From: Squalus acanthias
Lineage: Eukaryota
Assembly: GCA_030390025.1 (NCBI GenBank)
Contig: JASTWF010000336.1
Span: 496,001 to 530,005 of the forward strand
DNA length: 34,005 nucleotides
Direction: 5' to 3'
Position numbers and translations under genes: made by a program. Position 1 is the stretch's first letter. Each line of letters opens with the position of its first letter. Shown one piece after another: positions 22,678 to 34,005 of this stretch. The notes under the pieces were generated by a model. It saw only the letters and a list, made by a program, of their open reading frames with translations, was not told the DNA's origin and made no database searches.

Positions 22678-24058
22678 GTGGGAAGGAGGAAGGGGGAAGG
22701 CCGCACGGGCCTTTTCGCCCTCAGGATAGTGGGTGGGTGGGTGCCTGCTGGGGGGGGGCACTCTTCGATGATAAATAAAGTCTTTGTTGATGTTCTTCTG
22801 GTGGGGGGAGAAGATGTCTTCACCTGGGAAAAAATAAAGCTGGAGATGCCCAGGCTCAGTCCACAACCAGGTCTTAACAATGTTCTAAAATGTGAAGCAA
22901 TAGGCAAGGGGTGCTTGTTGATGGTGTGTGTGGCCGAGTCATTAGCAAGAGCCACACACACTCCCCTTGCTATCCCGGTCTTCTCCTTCTTCTTTCCTCC
23001 CCCCACCTCAAATACAAAGTCTTTTGGAGAGTGCCCTTTTTAACACCCACCTCTCGATGTTGTTTTCCTTCTCGATGGCTCGCTCTCCCTCCTTCCAAGC
23101 AGATGTTGGTCTTGTTCTCCCCTCTCTCCCTCTCTCGTAATGGAGACCAGTTGGGGAGGCAGTGATGGAAAGGCTTCCCTCTGTTGTTGTTGCTGGTCTC
23201 CTCTCTCTCCTCTCTCTCTCCTCTCCTCTCTCTCCTCTCTCACCTCAGCAGCAGTCGTGGTTGTAGCTGTAGCTGCAGGCGTGGTGGAGGTGGAAAGGTC
23301 TCCACTCTGTCCTTCGTGGCTCCTTCTCCTTCTAGGCACAGAGAAAAGAGACCTCTCCTTTCCCCTCCTCTTCTCAGCAAACGGCGCTCACCCGTTCACG
23401 CAGCACCGAGTTGAGCTGAGTCCCTCGCAGCCTCAGCCTCAGCCTCCGTCTGTCCTCGCCTGGGACCGCACTCGGGGTGTGTGTGTGTGTGGCTTCTGTA
23501 AAAGCTAGGCCGCACACACCATATTAAACACCCCTTTCCCATTGCCTGACCTGGGACAGCTGGAGCTGCCGAGGTGAAGTCCCCAATTCAAACAACATCT
23601 AATTGGGCATCGTTAAGACCTGGTGCAGGACTGAGCCTGGGCATCTCCAGCTTTCCCAGGTGAAGACATCTTCTCCCCCCACCAGAAGACCACCACCAAA
23701 GACTTTTATTTACATCGGAGAGTGTACCCCCCCTGCCAACACCCACCCACCCACCATCCTGAGTGGCGACCCTGCCCTTGCGGCTTCCCTCCTTCCCACC
23801 CCCCCTCTCTCTCTCTCTTTGTCTCTTGTCTCTCTCTGCCTCTCTCTCGAAGAGGCACCTCAAATTACTTTTAATTAAGTACCCATTGAGCAGAGGGGAG
23901 AAGGCCCCTCTCCTAATTAATTCACATAAAGGGAGAGGTGTGCCTTCAATTTAAGAGCTCCCTCTGCTCAGGGGAAAACAAAAACAAAAAACCAGAGGCC
24001 ATTAACATCTTCAGGCCTGTGACTTGGGGTGAGTGTAGCCCTTAAAGACCCGTCCATT

Positions 24059-26214
24059 ATGGCGAGCACATCTTCGTCGGTGGCGGGGGCAGCGAGGACG
24101 TATGCGAGCGTGGCAGCCGCGGCCACGGCCGCAGCCACGAGTCCTCCTGTTACCCCGTCACCTTTTACCCTCCTTACGAGGAAGAATGGGATCAAGAGCT
24201 ACACTCACCCCAATATGACAATAGAGGCGTGCGTAAAAGCCATGGCTGGGGTTGTCGGCCCTTCAGCCATCGTCGCCGCCTCTAAAATGTACGGCAAGGC
24301 TGTGTTCTTCCTGGGGTCGGAGCGGGCGGTGTCCCTGGCCATCGAGAAGGGGCTCACCGTGGGCGGGACCTTCCTGCCGGTGGACCCCCTTGAGGCCACC
24401 GCGCAAAGGATTGTGGTTTCCAACGTCCCGCCCTTTGTTCCGGGTGAGCTCCTCCTCCCCCACCTACGTCAACTGGGGGAGGTGAGGTCGGGGATCACAC
24501 CCATCCCGCTCGGCTTCCGGGAAGCCAGCCTTCGGCACGTCTTCTCCTTCCGGCGCCAGCTTTTCGTCCGGCTGGCGCGGGAGGAGGACGCGGACGGCGC
24601 GTTCACGGTGCTCCACGGGGGGACCGCCCACCGCGTCTTCTGGACCTCGGACGGCGTGCGGTGCTACGCCTGTAAGGAGGTGGGGCACGTCCGCAAAAAC
24701 TGCCCCGCCTCCAAGGCCGCCATGACACCTAGCGCGGCCAGGACTGGCGCCGCCGCCCCCCCTCCCCCTGATACTGTCCGCGCGTCGAAGACGACGGATG
24801 CGCGGTCGAAATCGGAGGCCAACACCATCACGGCCTCCGGCGGGGGGGAGGGAGAGCGTCCGAGGGGAAGGAAGGCGCTTAGAAAGAATAAACACCTAAG
24901 GGCGGATCCCCTCGTGGAGGAAACATCCGATTTGACCGAACTCACGCCCGAGTACATCGCGGAGTTGATCGGGACGCATGAGACTGGGGGGGTCCTCGTG
25001 CCCGGGCCCGTGACCGTGACCGCAACTGCCAAGGCAGCTAAATCAAGACCTGCGGCCGGGCTCGGGCCCGAGGGGCCCAAGAAACCCAGTCGTCGGAAGG
25101 GGGCAGAGAGGGAGGCCCCAGCAGACATGGAGGCCTCCCCCTCTCCGGGCCCCAACATGTTAAAAAGAAAGCTCCGCCCCCAGGAGGAGGAGGACTGTGA
25201 GGAGGAAGGTCCCTCCGCAGAAGGGGGGAGTCGCCCGCCGCGGGTGCTGCGCCCCACCCCACCCCCGTCATCGTCACGTGCGAGCGGCAGGGGTCGCCTG
25301 TCCCTCGGGAGGGTGAGACAGCCGAGTCTGTCCGACCTATGCCTCCCGGGGATGGGGAAGAGACCCTGCCCGTGGGGGGGGGCGCGGAACAACCCGCGGA
25401 AGGAAATGTAGTTCCGGAACCGTTGCTCCTCGCCGGGTCGGGCGTCCTGGGGACTGGGGCGGGCGAGGCCAAAGAGGCTGAAGCCGAGCCCGCCTTTTAC
25501 AACCCAGATATCTCCCAGGGACTGCTCGACCTGGTGGAGGAGTATAACAATCCCCAGCCCGCTGGGTCGGAGGTTGGTGGCGGGGAGACGGAAAGCCCCC
25601 TGACTCCGTCTCTGATGTTGGCGCCGGACGTACTGGAGGACTTTGAGATTATTTTCTCCCCGGTTTCTCCGGTCGCTCCGGCGCCTGAGGCGGGGGGGGG
25701 GCCCGAACCGCCGCCGCCTCCCGGCCCGGCGCCCCTGAAGGAGCCCAGGGTGGACTCCTCTGCCACCGATCCTGGGGGTGGGATCGTGACGGAGGCGGGG
25801 CCGGCCGGTGTGGCCGAGCCGTTCGCTGCACCCCGTGCGACGGACGGGTCGGCCGCCGGTGACGACCTCCCGGAGGAGGACGGGGACTCGGTGGTGGGCA
25901 TCGAGGACGATTTGGAGTCCATCGGCAGCGAGGTGATGGACGCCCTCGTGCCCTTCACCGACTCTCCCCTCATCCCCGTAGGGGAACTCCGGGATTTTAT
26001 GGCCGCGAGCCAGGGTCGTCACAAGAAGATCCGGCTGGCCCTCGACAAGTGGTCGGAGCTGGCGCTGCTCGTCGTGTCCGTCCGCGCCGCCGTTAAGATC
26101 ATGGGCGCGGACAAGGACGTTGGCCGGCTCGAGCTGCGTCGGCTCAAGAGTTTCCACACTGGGCTGCTGAGGGAGTGGCGGTCGTCAGTGACCGCGCTCC
26201 CTCCCCTCCGTTAG
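24059..26214 (+). CDS. Tx1 copy C ORF1 protein (zinc knuckle), one apparent frameshift near 25240-25260
   Basis: MASTSSSVAG...CYACKEVGHVRKNC, continuing in frame 25339-26214 (acidic, Pro-rich region) homologous to copy B. Confidence 0.85.
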
Positions 26215-26239
26215 GTAGAGGTTGCACTATGCTTCTGAG

Positions 26240-29200
26240 ATGAAGATAACCATAGCCAGCCTCAACATCAACGGCAGCAGGGAGGCGCGCCGTAGATTCA
26301 ATAACTTCTCGGTCCTTCGGGACGGGAAATATGCGGTGTGCTTCCTGCAAGAAACCCACACCGTTCCGGGAGACGAGGCCACGTGGCTCCTGGAGTGGCA
26401 AGGAGGGGTCAGCATGAGTCACCTCTCTAACAATTCCTGCGGGGTGGCTGTCTTGCTGGCCCCGCATTTTCAGCCGGAGATCTTGAGGGTCAAGGAGCAC
26501 GTGCCGGGCCGCTTGCTCCAGGTCACTGTTCGCCTGGGAGGCGTGCCGCTCCATTTAGTGAACGTGTACGCCCCCCGGACCGGTGCGCAGCAAGTGCGCT
26601 TCTTCGGAGAAGTGTCCGCTCTTCTGGGCTCCATCGACGTGGGCGAGTGCGTCATCCTCAGGGGGGATTTCAATTGTACCCTCGAGGCGCGGGACCGGTC
26701 GGGTCCCCCGCGAAGCCCGGCGGCGATGGAGAAGTTGCGGGACCTGGTCGGGTCCTTCGACTTGGTGGACGTCTGGCGAAATCTCCATCCCGACTCCAGC
26801 GCCTTCACGAGCGTGAGGTCTGGAGGAGGAAGGTCCAGAATCGACCGCCTTTACATTTCCCGGGCGTACGTCTCCTGCGTTCCGGCGGCTTCCATGCGGC
26901 CGGTGCCGTGCACGGACCACCACCTGGTGTGGGCGGAGCTCGCTCCGCTGCGCGCGCGGGGGGGGTCCGCGTACTGGCATTTTAACAACCTGCTGCTGGA
27001 GGACGCGCGGTTCCGGGATTCGTTTCGCCGGTTCTGGGCCGACTGGAGAAGGAAGCGGGGAGGCTTCCCCTCCTTGAGGCTATGGTGGGACGTGGGCAAG
27101 GCTCACGTCCGCGTCTTCTGTCAGGAGTACGCGAAGGGGTCGACCAAGAGGCGGGAGGCCCGGGTTGGGCGATTGGAGAAAGAAGTGCTCGACCTGGAGT
27201 CCCGTCTCGGTCAGGTCGTCGAGGACCCGGCCCTGCGGAAGGTGTACGAAGAGAAGAAGGGCGCGCTGAAGGACCTGCAGCTGGTCGGGTCCCGAGGCGC
27301 GTACGTGAGGTCGCGGATCCAGTTCCTGCGGGACCTGGACCGCGGCTCCCCCTTCTTCTACTCGCTGGAAAAAAGACGGGGGGTCCGTAAGCAGCTCTTG
27401 GGGCTGCTGGCCGACGACGGATCTCTGGTCTCGGATCCGGAGGGCATCAGCGCGGAGGCCCGGGCCTATTACGGGGCTCTGTTCTCTTCGGATCCGTCCA
27501 GCGAGGATGCGCGCAGAGTTTTGTGGGAGGACCTGCCGAAGGTCGGCCCGGAGGGCGCCGAGAATTTAGAAGCTCCGCTAAGCCTGGCGGAGCTGACCGG
27601 CGCCCTGCGCCAGCTCTCGAGGGGCAAGTCCCCGGGGCTGGACGGGCTGACCGTGGAGTTCCACAGGGCGTTCTGGGACGTCTTGGGGGACGACTACGCG
27701 CGGGTCCTGGGGGAAAGTCTGGCGACCGGGGAGATGCCCCTCTCTTGGCGCAGGGCGGTCATCGTCCTGCTGCCCAAGAAGGGCGATCTCCGCCTACTTA
27801 AGAACTGGCGCCCGGTCTCCCTCCTCAGCACGGACTACGAAATTTTCGCCAGGGCTATGTCTGCTCGCCTTGGCACCGTGCTGGCCCACATGATCCACCC
27901 CGACCAGTCCTACACGGTCCCGGGCCGGAGTATCCACGATAACATCCATCTGGTCCGGGATCTGGACCACCATTCCCAGAGGGCTGGTCTGTCGGTCGCC
28001 TTCCTTTCCCTAGATCAGGAGAAGGCGTTCGACAGGGTGGATCACGAGTATCTTTTCGGGACTCTGCGCGCATTCGGTTCGGGACGCATTTCGTCGCCCG
28101 GATCCGACTTCTGTACGCCGCCGCGGAGTGTCTGTTTAAAGTTAACGGGTCTTTGACGGCGCCCCTTCGCTTCGGGAGGGGGGTGCGTCAGGGATGCCCC
28201 ATGTCCGGTCAGTTATACGCCGTTTGCGTGGAGCCTTTCCTGCGCCTCTTGCGGAAGAGGTTGACGGGACTGGCTCTGCAAGGGCCGGGCGTGGAGGTGG
28301 TCCTCTCGGCTTACGCCGATGACGTGCTCCTCGCGATCACGGATCCCGTCGACTTGCGGAGGATGCGAGAATGCCAGCAGATTTACTCGGACGCATCCTC
28401 CGCCAAGATCAACTGGGAGAAATGTTCTGGACTCCTGGTGGGCCCATGGCGGGTGGACTCCCTGCCGGAGGAGTTCGGGCCTTTCGCCTGGAGCACCACG
28501 CACCTCCTCTACCTGGGAGTCTACCTCAGCCCGGCCGAGGACGCCTGGCCGGCGAACTGGCAACAGCTGGAGGCCAAAGTCACCTGTCGCCTAGGACGCT
28601 GGACAGGACTGCTCCGAGTGTTGTCCTACAGGGGTCGAGCGCTGGTCATAAACCAGCTGGTGGCCGCCATGTTGTGGTACCGGTTGGTCACTTTGATCCC
28701 TCCCCCTGCGTTTGTCGCCAAGATGCAGAAGAAGCTCGTCGACTTCTTCTGGGACAAAAGGAAGCACTGGGTCTCTGCCGCGGTTTTGAGTCTCCCGCTT
28801 AGGGAGGGCGGTCAGGCGCTGGTGTGCCTTCGCACCCAGGCGGCGACTTTCCGTCTTCAGACGCTGCAGAGATACCTGTACGTGGAGAATCCTCCTAGGT
28901 GGCGTGCGCTGGCGACGTATTTCTTCCGCCAGCTGCACGGCCTCAATTACGACACGCAGCTCCTGTTTGTGAGAGTGGGTGGCACGCGTGCCAGCCTGCG
29001 GGAGCTGCCTGTCTTCTACCAGGAACTGCTATGGGTTTGGAACAGCGTCGCCTCCGAGCGCAGTTCTCCCCCGTCAGGAGCGGCGGCCGTCCTTCGGGAG
29101 CCGCTGTTCAGGAATCCGCACCTCCACGACCGCGGGTTCGGCTGGCTGGCGGAGGGCAGGGCTGTGCCCGGTAAGGTGACCAGAGTCGGGGACCTGCTCG

Positions 29201-30137
29201 ATGGCGGAGGAGCGGGCTGGATGGCGCCGGAGGAGTTGGCGAGGCGCATGTCCTGGGTCAACGTCCGGCTCGCGGTCAAAGCCATCGAGTCGCTAAAAGT
29301 AGCACTGGGCCCCGTCTCCACTAGGTGTGTCGAGGAGGCTCAAGCACGTGGGGCGATCCCGTCCGAACTGACCCCCGTTCGGACGGAATTCCTTATCGGC
29401 GCCCGGCCCCGAATCCTCCCTCGGGAGCCGCCGCCTCACCACTTGAGCCTTCTCGGAGAAATGCCCTCCGTGCCCTTTCAATCCGCACGGAGGCGTTTCC
29501 TGTACGGGCTGCTCCTGCACACTCTCCACTTTGCCATCTTCGTCTGCCGTCCGGACACGCCTTGGCGTACCATCCTGCCGTCCGGCGGAGGCGAAGGTCC
29601 CCATTGGAAGGCTCTCTACGCGGGAGTCTTCCCTTGTTCTATTGGGGACTTGGCCTGAGGGTGTTGCACGGAGCAGTCCCGTGCAACAGGATTTTAAGTA
29701 GGTTTACGGACTCCCAGGCTGCTTGCCATTTCTGCGGCCTGGAGGAGTCCGTCTATCACATTTATATTGAGTGTGAGAGGTTGCAGCCCCTCTTTCATTA
29801 TTTGAAGGGGCTGCTCCTCAATTTCTGGTTGCACTTCAGCCCCACGCTCCTGATCTACGGTCACCCGGTGCGGAGGGGAGCGGGTAGGTCGGAGGACCTC
29901 CTCGTAGGACTGCTCCTGGGCCTGGCCAAGAAAGCCATTAATTGGTCCAGGCAGCGGGCGGTCGAGGGGGTCGTTCGGCCCGATTGCCTGCCTCTCTTCC
30001 GCGGCCATGTTCGCGCCCGGGTGGCCCTGGAGATGGAGCACGCGGTGCCCGCCGGCACGCTTGAGTTTTTCCGCGACCGGTGGGCGCCGCGGGGGCTGGA
30101 GTGCATCGTCACCCCGGACTTCCAAATTTTGATTTGA
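26240..30137 (+). CDS. Tx1 copy C ORF2 (APE endonuclease, RT, CCHC), about 1300 aa if two single-G deletions are corrected
   Basis: SLNING, LQETH, GDFN, SRIDRLY, TDH, KSPGLDG, DQEKAFD, RQGCPMS, YADD, CHFCGLEESVYHIYIEC. Frameshifts at about 28077 (TTCGGTT vs TTCGGGTT in A and B) and about 29656 (CCTGAGG vs CCTGGAGG). Confidence 0.9.
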
Positions 30138-30209
30138 TTTATTAAGTTTCATTTAAAGTTTTAATTGATTTACAGTAAATTTGGATTTTTTTGTCCAACC
30201 AAAAAGAGG

Positions 30210-30278
30210 AACACCAGGTTATAGCTCGTGATTTCAAATAAAACTGTTGGACTATAACCTGGTGTTGTGCGACTTCTC
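30210..30278 (+). repeat. Right arm of the 56-bp inverted repeat plus a local 15-bp hairpin
   Basis: 30223-30278 pairs with 15082-15137. AACACCAGGTTATAG (30210-30224) is the perfect reverse complement of CTATAACCTGGTGTT (30252-30266). Confidence 0.88.
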
Positions 30279-31687
30279 GAATATGAACCGAGTATAAAGG
30301 AGTTGTTGATGGGCGATTAGGGGGCAATAGTGCCATGGGAAGAAGTATATACATGCTGAATACAATTATTTTCCCTTTTAGTTTAGACAGGATGGAGCCA
30401 GCATTACAGCTCCGGTTGATTTAAAATATTCCAAATATTAACAAGTTCCCACCTGTCCCCGCAACAAGAGATGGTTTTAAAGCTGAGATTCGGACCTCAG
30501 GCACCTTATTCTCTAACACGGTATGTGGCGTGAGAGCAGTTAACTACCAGAGATCCTACTTATAATTTCCCACCCATTGTTCATGTGCAATCAGTCTACT
30601 AGGTAGATCACTCACATTTAAACCAGAACAAACCCGCACCGTCAGTAATCACTGCCTCCCACGTTATAAATGCCCAGTTCCAGTCACACTACAAGACTGG
30701 TGCTTTAGGGCCCTTCCCATTGCCTGCACTCTGGGCTGTTGATGCTGACAGGAGCGGGGAAAGGGACCCGCGCCAATCTCCCGCTCTCCCACTCTATTCC
30801 TCTCCCTCTCCTCTCCAACCCATTCAGACTTTCCCTCCGCCCGTCCGATTGTGACGTTAGCCGCCGCTTTCAGGGGCGAGGATCAGAAATCAGTCGCTTC
30901 TCTCTGTCCCCGTGGAGCCTGTGAGAAGGGCTTGGCCAATAATCTGTCATTCGGTAACTGTGCAGTGAGCGATCTGATACTCGGCACATTTTAGATTGCT
31001 GAGTGGAGACGTATTGCCGCCTGTTACTGATAAGAGGCTGACAAATTAAACCTGTTCGTGGAACAGCGCCAGGAATGTGTGACGGTGAACCGAGAATAAC
31101 AGAACGAAAGGCCCGAGATTTTTAAAATCATTCCCTGGAAATTGGACTTTCGATTAATTCGCTTCTTTCCGGCACTGGAATTGGCGGGGTTTTTGCAAAT
31201 ACAAAAAAAATAAAACATTTTGCCAGGTCGACAATTTGAACCAATGATGTGCTTAATTTCTAATCTGCGGCTCTGCGATTGGTTAAGAAATGGGATTGTG
31301 ACGCGGACCGCCAATCAGAAGTAAACTCGGGTTCGAGCGGGTTCAAAAACCGCGGTAATTTCAGATCCCCGAAATAACTGAGCTGAAATTGTTCAATTTC
31401 ACAAACCCTGTCAGTATCAGTGCCGGACATCACCGTCTGGCGGGAAATAATTCACAAGTTGGACTCTTTTCAGTGACCCATTCAACGGCTCCTGCCCGAC
31501 CAGCCAGATAATTATTATAGAATAACACAATGAACAAATGTGATGTGATGTGATTTTTCACCGAGAGGGAGCATCTGCCGTCTGGGGAAAAACTTTCAAT
31601 AAATCTGGTGCAACAGAAAGCGAAATTCAGATTCCAAAATTCAGAACACAGCGCAAATCCGTTACTAATATTTCTGACCACAATCTA

Positions 31688-34005
<2,318 letters not shown>

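Larger units (their letters stand above)
15528..23473 (-). mobile_element. Tx1-like retrotransposon copy B, apparently full length (about 7.9 kb) with 10-bp TSD
   Basis: About 1-kb 5' UTR, ORF1, ORF2 and about 0.9-kb 3' UTR ending AATAAAAGA. TSD GGGGTGTGTG at 15518-15527 and 23474-23483. Confidence 0.9.
23484..30208 (+). mobile_element. Tx1-like retrotransposon copy C, body (proximal 5' UTR, ORF1, ORF2, short 3' UTR)
   Basis: Both ORFs are present and it ends AAAAAGAG like copy A. 23590-23940 is homologous to the reverse complement of 22560-22880. Confidence 0.93.

Noticed and set aside
22440..24059. Bidirectional promoter shared by two divergent Tx1 elements
   Set aside because: The TSD and the displaced 5' UTR at 15138-15527 show nested insertion, not an evolved shared promoter.
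24664..26157. 497-aa minus-strand ORF and other long overlapping ORFs in 10400-30150
   Set aside because: Antisense or off-frame shadows of GC-rich Tx1 ORFs, where stops are rare; not preserved as a single ORF in copy B.
31325..31355. GGTTCGAG / GGTTCAAA as Pol III B boxes of a tRNA
   Set aside because: No A box spacing or cloverleaf stems could be built.

Overview
Eukaryotic, repeat-dense DNA, most likely from a shark or ray (inferred from an HE1/V-type SINE and HER1/CR1-like LINEs), covering part of a replication-dependent histone cluster invaded by retroelements. Host genes are an intact H2B (6832-7209), an intact H4 with Thr at residue 1 (7971-8282), both with promoter motifs and 3' stem-loops, and a second H4 on the minus strand broken by a CR1 LINE (31803-32057). 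The left 6.4 kb is a 41/46-bp satellite carrying a CR1 LINE and a TSD-bounded Penelope-like element with a minimal hammerhead ribozyme. A probable ERV solo LTR lies at 9443-10205. The centre holds three Tx1-like (L1 clade) non-LTR retrotransposons in nested arrangements. Copy A splits a CR1 and itself contains a CR1 fused in frame, giving one ORF with two RT domains. Full-length copy B is inserted antisense, with a 10-bp TSD, into the 5' UTR of near-intact copy C, and the B+C block is bracketed by 56-bp inverted repeats. Most short ORFs in the supplied track are shadow frames of these elements. All assignments are by eye; no database searches were run.
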